Shown here one piece after another: positions 10,476 through 19,986 of a stretch of DNA of 64,000 nucleotides. This DNA comes from an uncultured Flavobacteriales bacterium. Lineage in GTDB: Bacteria; Bacteroidota; Bacteroidia; Flavobacteriales_D; Sanyastnellaceae. The position numbers and the translations under genes were made by a program. Under the pieces are notes generated by a model. It worked only from the letters and a program-made list of their open reading frames with translations, did no database searches and was not told where the DNA came from. Location of the stretch: NCBI GenBank assembly GCA_963932755.1, contig CAWVRV010000002.1, forward strand, positions 567 to 64,566, in the 5' to 3' direction. The stretch's first letter is position 1. The number at the start of each line of letters is the position of its first letter.

Positions 10476-12020
10476 TTAATGACGGAAATGTCTCGTTCCA
10501 GTGGTGTACATCGCAAGTCCCAACTCATTGCAAACATCAATACTCTTGTTGTCATTGATTGATCCACCGGGCTGTATCACGTTTTTTATTCCAGCTTCAG
10601 CTGCAAGTGCAACGCAGTCTGGGAAAGGGAAGAAGGCATCTGAAGCCATCGAGCTGCCTTCAAGTGAAAGGCCCAAACCTGCCGCTTTTTCGACGGCTTG
10701 TTTGAGTGCATCAACCCTTGAAGTTTGGCCTGTTCCTGACGCAAGAAGCTGACCATCCTTCGCGAAAACGATGGTGTTTGACTTCGTGTGCTTGGCAAGC
10801 TTCATTGCAAAGAGCATGTCAGCAATCTCATTTTCATCAGCATGTGACCCGGTTACACAGGTAAGATCAGACGAACCCTCAATCTTGTTGTCCCGTTCTT
10901 GCACAAGAAATCCGTTTAATGCAGTACGAACCGTAGAGGTCGGCAGAGATACATCTTGTCTTTCCAGAAGGATTCTGTTTTTCTTCCCTTTTAAAACGTC
11001 AAGCGCATCGGAGTCAAAGCTCGGCGCAATGACCACTTCGCAGAAAAGAGTGTGTATTTGATCAGCAGTTGCGAGATCGATTGTTCGATTTGCGATTAGG
11101 ACGCCCCCGAAAGCACTCACAGGATCTCCCTCAAGTGCCCGTGCGTAAGCTTCAGATAGCGTATCACGCGTAGCAAGACCACACGCATTGTTGTGCTTCA
11201 TGATTGCAAAAGTGGGCGCATCGTTTTTGAACTCTTCCATTAAGCTTACTGCGGAATCAACATCTAAAAGATTGTTGTAAGAAAGCGCTTTCCCATGAAG
11301 TTGTTTAAGAATGCCTTCTAAATCCCCGAAAAACCGCCCTGCTTGATGTGGGTTTTCACCATATCGCAAAGATTTCACCTTGGTTACGCTGAGGTTTAAT
11401 GTGTCAAGCGGAGAGATGTTTTCAGTGGTGCCAAGCATGTATTGTTGAATCATCGTGTCGTAATGAGAACTCGTACGGAACGCTCTCGAAGCCAGTTCGC
11501 GCCTTTCTTCTAGTGACGTTTCTCCATCTTGGTTTCGGAGAATATCCAATAATTTCCCATAATCATCCATGCTGGGAACAATCACGACATCTTTGTGGTT
11601 TTTTGCAGCTCCACGTATGAGGGCGATTCCACCAATGTCAATCTTCTCGATAATTGCGTCTGCGCTTGCTCCGCTCGCCACCGTTTCTTCAAAAGGATAG
11701 AGATCAACGACGACAAGATCTATCTCGGGGATTGCGTATTCCGTCATCTGTTTGTGGTCACCTTCATCATCCCTCCTAGACAATATTCCACCAAATACTT
11801 TGGGATGTAGCGTTTTAACACGACCTCCTAAAATGGATGGATAATCTGTCAGTGTTTCGACTGGAATGACCGTTCCACCTAGTCCTTCGATGGTTTTCTG
11901 AGTTCCACCAGTAGAATAAATGGTCACTTCAAGACGAATCAATTCCTCAATGATTGGAGCCAATCCATCTTTGTTAAAAACTGAGATAAGGGCTGAACGA
12001 AGCTTTCGTGGTTGAGACAT
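10476..12020 (-). CDS. purH: Bifunctional AICAR transformylase / IMP cyclohydrolase
   Basis: 514 aa with an MGS-like N-domain followed by the AICARFT domain (KHNNACGLA, QPGGSINDN). purH upstream of mreB is a synteny typical of Bacteroidetes. Confidence 0.95.
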   Translation of the reverse strand: MSQPRKLRSALISVFNKDGLAPIIEELIRLEVTIYSTGGTQKTIEGLGGTVIPVETLTDYPSILGGRVKTLHPKVFGGILSRRDDEGDHKQMTEYAIPEIDLVVVDLYPFEETVASGASADAIIEKIDIGGIALIRGAAKNHKDVVIVPSMDDYGKLLDILRNQDGETSLEERRELASRAFRTSSHYDTMIQQYMLGTTENISPLDTLNLSVTKVKSLRYGENPHQAGRFFGDLEGILKQLHGKALSYNNLLDVDSAVSLMEEFKNDAPTFAIMKHNNACGLATRDTLSEAYARALEGDPVSAFGGVLIANRTIDLATADQIHTLFCEVVIAPSFDSDALDVLKGKKNRILLERQDVSLPTSTVRTALNGFLVQERDNKIEGSSDLTCVTGSHADENEIADMLFAMKLAKHTKSNTIVFAKDGQLLASGTGQTSRVDALKQAVEKAAGLGLSLEGSSMASDAFFPFPDCVALAAEAGIKNVIQPGGSINDNKSIDVCNELGLAMYTTGTRHFRH

Positions 12021-12066
12021 ATGAAAAAGATAAGGATATTTGAGTGAGCGAAGTTAACTCAAGGTG

Positions 12067-12074
12067 TAGCTTTG
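12067..12074 (+). promoter_or_regulatory. Putative -7 promoter box TAGCTTTG, 5 nt upstream of the ATG at 12080
   Basis: Exact TAnnTTTG match. It lies inside the longer GTG-initiated ORF (12044), which argues for the ATG at 12080 and a leaderless or very short-leader mRNA. Confidence 0.4.
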
Positions 12075-12079
12075 GAGGT

Positions 12080-13324
12080 ATGATGTGGCTGCGATTGTTA
12101 AGAGAAAGTTTAAGCTTCGCATGGAGCGCTATTGTCGTGAATAAACTGCGTACGTTTCTCTCTTTGTTAGGAGTCATGGTGGGCATTTTTGTGATTAGCT
12201 CAATATTTGCAGTCGTCGATTCTATGGAGGAGGATCTGATGGAATCATTCAGTATGCTCGATGATGATGTTCTCTTTGTAAGCAAATGGCCGTGGAGTAT
12301 GGGCGGGGATTACCCTTGGTGGAAGTATGTCCAAAGGAGAGAGCCTTCATTGAACGATTCAGAAGAGCTTGCAGGGAGACTCACTCAAGCTTCTGACGTC
12401 GCCTTTCAAATGAAGGGTATGTTTAATCTCGAAGCCTCAGAAAACGCATATCCCAATGTTCCAGTTGCTGCTGTTTCACAGACTTATCCTGATGTGATTA
12501 GTTTGGATCTGGCGTCGGGTAGGTTTTTTAACGGTTCAGAAAGTGCTGCCGGAAGCCCCGTAGCGATCGTGGGCTATGACATCGCGATGAACCTTTTCGG
12601 TTCAGAAGAAGTTCTAGGTCAGAAACTTAAAATTGGGGGGAAAAGAGTTGAAGTTATTGGCACGTTTGCCCGCCAAGGAGAATCGATGATTTCGAACGGC
12701 TTTGATGAATTTGTCATGGTCCCAGCCACCTTTGCCCCTCGGATTTTTGACACGCGAAACGTGGATGGAAATTCAATAATGGTCAAGGCCCGTCCTGGGA
12801 TTGAGATGGGAATCCTCAAGGACGAGGTGATTCAGCAATTGAGAAGTGTAAGGCGTGTCAGACCCGGCAATGAGAATGATTTTTCAATCAACCAAATAGA
12901 GATGCTCACCAGCATCATCTCCTCAATCTTTACTCAAGTGGAGTTAGGTGGCTGGTTTATTGCCATTTTCGCAATACTTGTGGGGTGCTTCAGTATTGCA
13001 AACATCATGTTTGTTTCAGTGCGTGAACGAACAAAGATCATAGGGGTACAAAAAGCACTCGGCGCAAAATCCAGTTTCATCCTCATTCAATTCCTTTTCG
13101 AAGCGATTGTGCTCTGCGTATTTGGCGCCATACTCGCACTTTTGGCCTTGGAATTCCTGATGTTTGTTGTGAATATGTCTGAACTGGGAATTACACTAAG
13201 GGTCTCGTTTGACAGAGTCATGATGGCGATGAGTATCGCAGTCATTTCAGGTCTTGTTGCTGGAATCGCTCCAGCCTTGTCAGCTTCGAGAATGCCTCCA
13301 GTGGAGGCCATGAGGTCGTCTTAG
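12080..13324 (+). CDS. ABC transporter permease, MacB/FtsX family
   Basis: N-terminal TM (LRTFLSLLGVMVGIF), a large periplasmic MacB-like domain and a C-terminal FtsX-type 3-TM bundle. The alternative GTG start at 12044 is rejected because of the internal promoter box. No adjacent ATPase gene. Confidence 0.8.
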   Translation: MMWLRLLRESLSFAWSAIVVNKLRTFLSLLGVMVGIFVISSIFAVVDSMEEDLMESFSMLDDDVLFVSKWPWSMGGDYPWWKYVQRREPSLNDSEELAGRLTQASDVAFQMKGMFNLEASENAYPNVPVAAVSQTYPDVISLDLASGRFFNGSESAAGSPVAIVGYDIAMNLFGSEEVLGQKLKIGGKRVEVIGTFARQGESMISNGFDEFVMVPATFAPRIFDTRNVDGNSIMVKARPGIEMGILKDEVIQQLRSVRRVRPGNENDFSINQIEMLTSIISSIFTQVELGGWFIAIFAILVGCFSIANIMFVSVRERTKIIGVQKALGAKSSFILIQFLFEAIVLCVFGAILALLALEFLMFVVNMSELGITLRVSFDRVMMAMSIAVISGLVAGIAPALSASRMPPVEAMRSS

Positions 13325-14037
13325 AAGGACAGGGAGATTCCCGCTCTTAAATAACCTACAGGCGCTTTCCAGTCGCCTGTCGAGTAAGACAGTTCACCGT
13401 TTGAATCAACATCTATTTCTACTATTCTTTTTAATTCGCCAGATTGAATCCTTGCGTATCTCACATCGAAATAAATAAGTTCTGTAGCGCGAAGCCTAAA
13501 TCCTCCTGCGTATCCATAATTGAGGGCCGCTGAGAAATAGGGAATGTCGTTGACATCTGTTTGCGCTGGATTGTCGTAATCGTACGATGAAGAAAGTGCC
13601 ACTCCTTTTGCGCCGACAATCCCTTCGATATAAGGTTGGAAACGTTTCTGTTTGAATGGAGAAACCGTCACCGTATAATGAGCATGTATCATTTGATTCA
13701 CAGCCTTCAGTGTTCCTTCCTGCCCCGGGGTCTCAATTTCATTGTCTGCCGTGGCGATGGGTTGCCAACCCAAACTGATTCCGTTGGAAAGCAATTTCCC
13801 TTTGGTTTGTTTGCTGTAACTGAGTTCAAATCCAAGTTGCGGACTTTCAAGCAACAACTCGAAGTCCTCCTCGTTATGGACGTCGGACATCAAACTAAAC
13901 GTAATGATGTGTTTGGCATCTTTGTGAATCTTTTCGTTTTTGCTTTTTGACGAGGAAGATTTATTATTCGAGGTTTGGGCTTGCATGCTAAAGGTCAATG
14001 CAATCAGTGCAAATAATAGAAGTGGAGACTTTTTCAT
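13321..14037 (-). CDS. Outer-membrane beta-barrel protein (porin-family-like), signal peptide
   Basis: Signal peptide MKKSPLLLFALIALTFSMQAQ, alternating beta-strand pattern and a C-terminal aromatic residue (..AGISLSF). Confidence 0.6.
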   Translation of the reverse strand: MKKSPLLLFALIALTFSMQAQTSNNKSSSSKSKNEKIHKDAKHIITFSLMSDVHNEEDFELLLESPQLGFELSYSKQTKGKLLSNGISLGWQPIATADNEIETPGQEGTLKAVNQMIHAHYTVTVSPFKQKRFQPYIEGIVGAKGVALSSSYDYDNPAQTDVNDIPYFSAALNYGYAGGFRLRATELIYFDVRYARIQSGELKRIVEIDVDSNGELSYSTGDWKAPVGYLRAGISLSF

Positions 14038-14114
14038 GGGGTATTTATTACAAGAGACGTGCCAAAGTGGACTTTTGATTAAAACAAATATAGTGTTCGT
14101 CGTAGTTTCGTAGT

Positions 14115-16745
14115 GTGAAAAAAGTATTAGTCATAGGTGCCCGTGGGCAATTAGGCAACTGTCTACTCAGACAATTTGCCATGGACGCTGAACTTATTTG
14201 GGTGGGTTACGCCAGGGAGGACTTAGATATTTGTGACGTACAAAAGATTCAGGAGGTGCTGTCAGCCGAATGCCCGGACTATGTGGTCAATGCAGCAGCA
14301 TATACAGATGTAGATCAAGCCGAAAGTGATCAAAAAAATGCCTGGGAAGTGAATGCCGTAGCTCCAGGATTAATCGCTCGCATCTGCTGTGAACTGAACA
14401 TTGTTTTCCTTCATCTAAGTACAGATTATGTTTTTAATGGAGAAGAGGGAGGTACAGAAGAGCGGCCATATCTGGAGAGTGACACTGTGAATCCCTTGGG
14501 AGTGTATGGTGAGTCTAAGGCGGAGGGAGAGCGAGCGATTGAAGCGGAAATGAAAAAGGGGGGAGGAAGGTATCACATTGTGAGAACGAGCTGGTTGTAT
14601 GACAATGTGGGGCGGAACTTCTTTACCACAATGGTTAAACTGGGACAGGAGAGAAGCGAAATTAAAGTCGTTTACGATCAGAGAGGGACGCCAACGTATG
14701 CGGGGTCTTTGTCAGAGGCCTTACGTATGCTCGTTCTTAAAGGTGGGGATGTGACGAGTGGGATATTGCACTTTAGCGATGAGGGAGTCACGTGTTGGGC
14801 CTCTTTTGCCAGAGCGATATTTGAAGAATTAGACATGGATGTTGAAGTGGTGGGGATTACAACTTCTGAATATCCTACACAAGCTGTGAGACCGGCCAAT
14901 TCACATCTGGGCGGAAAACCATTCCGCACGTTGTTAAATCTTGAAAAACGAACGTGGAAAGAGTCCTTAAAAATGTGTGTGGGAAGCGAGTTAGAGCGGG
15001 TGAAGAGAAGAGCTGAGGTTTGGTCTAAAGCACCCTATGACAAGGAAACAAGAGAGACCGTGGGGATGTGGTTGTTGGAAAATAAAGAAGACGTTTTGAC
15101 GGAGGCCTTCCACAAGGATATCGCATTTGGAACAGGTGGGATGCGGGGCATTTGTGGCCCGGGTACGAACCGCATCAACGCGGCTGTTATCTCGGGCGCC
15201 ACACAAGGGCTCGTGAATTACATCAAGAAAACGAAACCGCATACGTCAACACCTTTAAAAGTTGCCATTGCATACGATTGTCGTCATCAAAGTTATGAAT
15301 TTGCAGAGGTTACAGCGAGAGTTTTGGCAGGGAATGGAATCCAAGCATTGTTATATCCAGAATTAAGGCCCACACCTCAATTGAGTTGGACAGTCAGAAA
15401 CTTAGGATGTGTGGCAGGTGTCGTTGTTACTGCATCACATAATCCTCCAGAATATAATGGATACAAAGTATATTGGGGTGATGGAGGTCAAATCGTTTCT
15501 CCTCACGACTCCGCCATCATCGGAGAGGTTCGAAAAATAAAATCACTTTCAGAAGTGAAAATCGCTTCCGGAGAGATCGCATCTGAGGACTTGATCACCT
15601 TGCTAGGACCAGAACAGGATGAAGGATATCTCAATGCAATTCTGAAATTAAGACGTTCAGTTTCCCTGAAAGAAAACGGTTCGGAATCAGGTCTTGTTTT
15701 TACAGGTTTACATGGTACAGGATCCGTAAGTGTCCCTCCTGCTTTAAGGGCGTTTGGTTTTTCAAATGTTCACGAGGTCAAGTCACAATCGTCACCTGAT
15801 GGAAACTTTCCGACGGTATCAAGCCCCAACCCCGAAGAGGGGCAAGCTTTGGCCGAAGCTATTTCGCTTGGAGAGAAGTTAGGTGCGACGCTCGTAATGG
15901 GTACGGATCCAGATGCTGATCGGGTAGGGGTCGCTGTACCAAATGGAGAAGGAGGTTTTCAATTGCTGAATGGAAACGAAACTGGCGCGTTGCTTTTCGA
16001 TTACGTCATTCGTTGTGGAAGAGACAATGGGGATGCATATGATTCATCAGATTTTGTGGCTTCGACTGTTGTCACCTCACCTCTTTTGTCTGCAATAGGT
16101 GAAAGTTATGGATTAGGTGTGCGAACAACACTCACTGGATTTAAACATATAGCCGCTGCAATCGCAGAAGAAGAAGCGATGAATGGGCGAAATTTTATTG
16201 TCGGCGCAGAGGAGAGTTACGGATACCTTGTCAAGGATACAGCCAGAGATAAAGATGCGGTAGCAGCGTGTTGTGTGCTTTCTGAGCTCGCACATTCATT
16301 GGCAGAAAACGGCACCACGATGTTGGACTGCCTAGAGCGTATTCATCGAACACATGGCCTCTATCAAGAAGGGTTGGTGTCCATCGTGAAAATGGGCAGA
16401 GAAGGAGCAAATGAGATCTCCGAGATGATTTCTAGATTTCGATCATCCCCTCCACGCATGCTTGCAGGTGAAAAAGTTGTGGGACTTCTTGATTTTGAAA
16501 CCCAAAAAAACCACGATCTGATTTCCTCGGAGGTCAAGAATATAGATTTACCGAAGTCAAATGTGCTGCAGTTTGTCACAGAAAAGGGCTCTCGAATTAC
16601 GGTGCGCCCTTCAGGTACCGAGCCGAAGATAAAATTCTATGTAAGTGTGAATACCACCCTTCAGGAAAAGGACAACTACTTAGAGAAAAAAACAGCGCTT
16701 ACCTCTCAAATGACAGCGTTGTTTCATGCTGTAGGTGCAGCTTAA
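14115..16745 (+). CDS. Fusion protein: dTDP-4-dehydrorhamnose reductase (RmlD) domain + phosphoglucomutase/phosphomannomutase-family domain
   Basis: Residues ~1-288 carry GARGQLG (Rossmann), STDYVFNG and YGESK (YxxxK). Residues ~295-876 carry GTGGMRG, the active-site TASHNPPEYNGYK, metal site GTDPDADR, GAEESYGY and RPSGTEPKIKFY. It is a single uninterrupted ORF. Confidence 0.85.
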   Translation: MKKVLVIGARGQLGNCLLRQFAMDAELIWVGYAREDLDICDVQKIQEVLSAECPDYVVNAAAYTDVDQAESDQKNAWEVNAVAPGLIARICCELNIVFLHLSTDYVFNGEEGGTEERPYLESDTVNPLGVYGESKAEGERAIEAEMKKGGGRYHIVRTSWLYDNVGRNFFTTMVKLGQERSEIKVVYDQRGTPTYAGSLSEALRMLVLKGGDVTSGILHFSDEGVTCWASFARAIFEELDMDVEVVGITTSEYPTQAVRPANSHLGGKPFRTLLNLEKRTWKESLKMCVGSELERVKRRAEVWSKAPYDKETRETVGMWLLENKEDVLTEAFHKDIAFGTGGMRGICGPGTNRINAAVISGATQGLVNYIKKTKPHTSTPLKVAIAYDCRHQSYEFAEVTARVLAGNGIQALLYPELRPTPQLSWTVRNLGCVAGVVVTASHNPPEYNGYKVYWGDGGQIVSPHDSAIIGEVRKIKSLSEVKIASGEIASEDLITLLGPEQDEGYLNAILKLRRSVSLKENGSESGLVFTGLHGTGSVSVPPALRAFGFSNVHEVKSQSSPDGNFPTVSSPNPEEGQALAEAISLGEKLGATLVMGTDPDADRVGVAVPNGEGGFQLLNGNETGALLFDYVIRCGRDNGDAYDSSDFVASTVVTSPLLSAIGESYGLGVRTTLTGFKHIAAAIAEEEAMNGRNFIVGAEESYGYLVKDTARDKDAVAACCVLSELAHSLAENGTTMLDCLERIHRTHGLYQEGLVSIVKMGREGANEISEMISRFRSSPPRMLAGEKVVGLLDFETQKNHDLISSEVKNIDLPKSNVLQFVTEKGSRITVRPSGTEPKIKFYVSVNTTLQEKDNYLEKKTALTSQMTALFHAVGAA

Positions 16746-16751
16746 GAAAAC

Positions 16752-17342
16752 TCAGAGTTTTTCTTCTATTTTCCCTTTCGTTTCTTGAAGTTTTCCCTTC
16801 GCTTCTTTCAGCTTTTCGTTGGCTTTTTCTTCCAGTTCTTCGAGATCGGTCTTCTCAGACCAATCCTTCCAATAAGGTAATACGAGAGGAGCAATGGATT
16901 CTACGACAGGAAAAATCACGCAGTTCTTCTCTACACTTTCAGGGATATGCTTTCCTCCGAAACCTTTAATTCCGAAAATGACAAATGTGAGAAGAAGTGC
17001 GTTTTTTGCCATTCCGAAAATGGCTCCAGAGAGTTTGTTCGCAAACCCTAAAGCCAACAAGTCGATGAATTTCTCTAAAATTCTTGCCAAAAGATGTACA
17101 ATCAAAACGACCGCTACAAAAGCAATGGCGAAGGAGGCCACGGCAATCTCCTGACTGCTCCAGTCAACCTCTGAGGCCAATGCTGTAGCAATCGCCTCAG
17201 AGCCATAATACGCCGCGATTGCTCCCGCAACAATTGCAATAAATGATGCAATTGATAGAATAAATCCTTTCTTGAATCCAGAGAAGGCACCCCAAATTAG
17301 AATGATGCCTAATGCGATATCTATAAGTTGTGATGATTCCAT
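16752..17342 (-). CDS. CvpA-family membrane protein
   Basis: Four predicted TM helices, a CvpA-like N-terminus (IDIALGIILIWGAFSGFKKGF) and a charged coiled C-terminal tail. ATG at 17342 is preferred over the TTG at 17360. Confidence 0.7.
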   Translation of the reverse strand: MESSQLIDIALGIILIWGAFSGFKKGFILSIASFIAIVAGAIAAYYGSEAIATALASEVDWSSQEIAVASFAIAFVAVVLIVHLLARILEKFIDLLALGFANKLSGAIFGMAKNALLLTFVIFGIKGFGGKHIPESVEKNCVIFPVVESIAPLVLPYWKDWSEKTDLEELEEKANEKLKEAKGKLQETKGKIEEKL

Positions 17343-17386
17343 ATTGCAATGTACGTTCAAGGGCTTTCTTCAGGTAACTTCGCAAT

Positions 17387-18664
17387 GTGCAAATTAAAAA
17401 TCATCATTTCGTAGTCCATAAATTTGGTGGAGCTTCGGTTAAAAACTCTGAGGCGGTTAGAAATGTAGGGACCCTATTGAATCAAAATATACAAGGGTCC
17501 GCTGTGGTTGTCGTTTCTGCGATGGGCAAGACAACGAATGAATTGGAGAATGTGCTTGGGGTTTTAAACAAAGAGGGTGTTGTTTCAGCCCAAGCCCAAA
17601 TGAATTCGATCATCGACGCTCACGAAGCCATCGCTCGAGAACTCGGGATCAATGTTGATTTACGCTTGATCTTTGAGTCGGCGCTAAAAACAGCACATGA
17701 GCTGGCGGATGAAGACGCACGATATGATGCGCTTGTCGCTGCAGGTGAGGATGCGAGTACGCGCGTATTGTCAGGGTATTTGAAAACGAAAAATGTCGAA
17801 GCAAAGTGGTCGGACGCCAGAGATGTTATTTTGACCGACACAAAACACAGAAGCGCGAGAGTCAATGAGCGTAAGATCTTTGAGAACGGAGCGGGGTTGC
17901 GAACGTCGCTCTCTGAAATGGAGAATCGAATCATCGTCACACAGGGATTTATAGGTCGTTGTCCTGATGGAAGAACGACGACTTTGGGACGCGAAGGGTC
18001 GGATTATTCAGCGGCGCTACTCGCCTGTGCAATTGGCGCAAAAGAAGTCGTCATTTGGAAGGACGTTCCAGGGATGCTCAATGCAGACCCACGTGTGTTT
18101 GAACACACAGAAACGATCAAAGAATTAGATTATGGAGAAGCACTAGAACTCAGTTACTATGGCGCCAGTGTGATTCATCCCAGAACGATCAAACCACTTC
18201 AGAACGCAGGCATTCCTCTTTTTGTAAAAAGCTTTGTGGATTTAAATGCACCTCAAACGAGAATCGCTTCTTATCCAGGCAAGATTCCGGGGATCCCGAT
18301 GTACATCTCTCGACCGAATGTTTCCCTTTTATCTTTAGGTCCTGCCGACAATTCCTTTGTGGGGGAGGATCACCTTTCAACTCTTTTCGCGAGGCTAAAC
18401 AAATCGGGAATTCACGTGAGAATGATGGAAAACTCTGCGGTTCAATTCGATTTGGTCTTCGAGGAAGACCCAGAAAGGCGACATCGATTTGTAGCGGGGT
18501 TGGGAGATGGTTTTTGGACGAAAACAGAAAAGGGCTTAGAATTGCTCACGATGAGGCACGGTAACGTTGAGCTCATGGATCAATTGACCGCAGGAAAGGA
18601 GATCGTGATGGAACAAAGGAATCCATCTACGCATAGGCGTTTGTTACGCGCTATAAAAGTCTAA
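17387..18664 (+). CDS. Aspartate kinase (monofunctional)
   Basis: The HKFGGASV kinase N-terminus is followed by the amino-acid kinase fold and a C-terminal ACT-like region. GTG start. Confidence 0.9.
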   Translation: MQIKNHHFVVHKFGGASVKNSEAVRNVGTLLNQNIQGSAVVVVSAMGKTTNELENVLGVLNKEGVVSAQAQMNSIIDAHEAIARELGINVDLRLIFESALKTAHELADEDARYDALVAAGEDASTRVLSGYLKTKNVEAKWSDARDVILTDTKHRSARVNERKIFENGAGLRTSLSEMENRIIVTQGFIGRCPDGRTTTLGREGSDYSAALLACAIGAKEVVIWKDVPGMLNADPRVFEHTETIKELDYGEALELSYYGASVIHPRTIKPLQNAGIPLFVKSFVDLNAPQTRIASYPGKIPGIPMYISRPNVSLLSLGPADNSFVGEDHLSTLFARLNKSGIHVRMMENSAVQFDLVFEEDPERRHRFVAGLGDGFWTKTEKGLELLTMRHGNVELMDQLTAGKEIVMEQRNPSTHRRLLRAIKV

Positions 18665-18882
18665 TATTCGTCTTCGTTGAAGAAAAAATCTTCCTTCGAA
18701 GGGTAGTCAGGCCAAATGTCCTCAATGGTATCGTAGTTCTCTCCATCGTCTTGTAGACCTTGGAGATTTTCAACGACTTCAAGAGGTGCACCTGTTCGCA
18801 TAGCGAAGTCGATGAGTTCGTCTTTAGAGGCGGGCCAAGGCGCGTCTTCTAAGTAAGATGCTAATTCTAGAGTCCAGTACAT
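18661..18882 (-). CDS. DUF2795 domain-containing protein
   Basis: 73 aa. YLEDAPWPASKDELIDFAMRTGAPLEVVENL resembles the DUF2795 helix-hairpin family. Confidence 0.65.
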   Translation of the reverse strand: MYWTLELASYLEDAPWPASKDELIDFAMRTGAPLEVVENLQGLQDDGENYDTIEDIWPDYPSKEDFFFNEDEY

Positions 18883-18913
18883 TCCTTTATTCCTTATATA
18901 AGGTTATAGCGCG

Positions 18914-18921
18914 CAAAAATA
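18914..18921 (-). promoter_or_regulatory. Putative -7 promoter box TATTTTTG upstream of the DUF2795 gene
   Basis: Exact TAnnTTTG on the minus strand (plus strand caaaaata), 31 nt upstream of the ATG at 18882. Confidence 0.35.
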
Positions 18922-18966
18922 ACCGAATCTCATTTGATTGCAAGTTTTAAAGGGATTAAGTATACA

Positions 18967-19512
18967 TTATCTTGCTTTCCAAGCAATTTCCTCGGTTTTC
19001 GTGATGTGAGAAAGCAATCTGGCAGCTGTAAAGAGTAAATCAGACAGCCTATTTAGATATTTAATGAGTTCCGGATCAATTTTTTGTTCTCTGGCGAGTG
19101 AAACACATCTGCGTTCGGCCCTTCTACATACTGCCCGAGCAATATGTGCATCAGCTACAGCTGGATGGCCTCCTGGCAATAAGAAGTTCTTGAGATCTGG
19201 GGTTTGTGCATCTGCTGCATCGATCCAATTCTCAAAACCCACAATATTATCCGATGCAAACTTTGGTAATTTTTCTTTCATCTTGGGATCAATTGTTGCC
19301 AGATGACTGCCCAAAAGGAAAAGCTGAGATTGAATTTCTCGAAAAAACACCCGATGTGTCTCCATTGATTCATGTTCTATTAATTTGCCTATGAATGTGT
19401 TAAGCTCGTCAACTGTGCCGTAAGCTTCGATTCTAAGGTCGTCTTTTGAGAGACGTGTGCCACCGAAAAGTCCAGTAGTTCCGTCATCACCTGTTCTTGT
19501 ATAGATACGCAT
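18967..19512 (-). CDS. ATP:cob(I)alamin adenosyltransferase, PduO type
   Basis: N-terminal IYTRTGDDGTTGL..RLSKDD..EAYGTVDELN signature. Length of 181 aa fits the family. Confidence 0.85.
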   Translation of the reverse strand: MRIYTRTGDDGTTGLFGGTRLSKDDLRIEAYGTVDELNTFIGKLIEHESMETHRVFFREIQSQLFLLGSHLATIDPKMKEKLPKFASDNIVGFENWIDAADAQTPDLKNFLLPGGHPAVADAHIARAVCRRAERRCVSLAREQKIDPELIKYLNRLSDLLFTAARLLSHITKTEEIAWKAR

Positions 19513-19545
19513 AAAACGAAACTACATAGATTATCTTGCGCATTA

Positions 19546-19974
19546 ATGAATGAAGCGAAGAAAAAGCAACTGAGGTATGATATTGCCTATATGAAAATGG
19601 CTGAGGAGTGGGCCAAACTTTCTCATTGTACTCGAAAAAACGTGGGCGCACTTATCGTAAAAGACAAGATGATCATTGCCGATGGCTATAATGGTTCACC
19701 CAGTGGGTTTCCAAATGAGTGTGAAAATGATGAGGGTCAAACACATTGGTACGTATTGCATGCTGAGGCAAATGCCATCACGAAACTTGCCCGAAGTCAC
19801 AACTCCGCTGAAGGATCTACCCTTTATATTACGCTCTCACCATGTAGAGACTGTGCAAAGCTCATTCTGCAAGCGGGAATCAAGCGAGTCGTTTATAAAT
19901 CCGCATACAAAGATACAAGTGGAGTCGATTTCCTCACGAAATCGTCCATTGTTACAGAACTTTTAGAACAGTAA
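19546..19974 (+). CDS. dCMP deaminase (ComEB-like cytidine/deoxycytidylate deaminase)
   Basis: Zinc-binding motifs HAEANAI and PCRDCAKLI, 142 aa. Confidence 0.85.
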   Translation: MNEAKKKQLRYDIAYMKMAEEWAKLSHCTRKNVGALIVKDKMIIADGYNGSPSGFPNECENDEGQTHWYVLHAEANAITKLARSHNSAEGSTLYITLSPCRDCAKLILQAGIKRVVYKSAYKDTSGVDFLTKSSIVTELLEQ

Positions 19975-19986
19975 TGCACGCTGCTT

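Noticed and set aside
18892-18903. Perfect 12-bp palindrome CCTTATATAAGG, 10 nt upstream of the DUF2795 ATG.
   Set aside because: It is a single short AT-rich palindrome with no second copy in the window. It could be an operator, but it is equally well explained by chance in AT-rich leader sequence.
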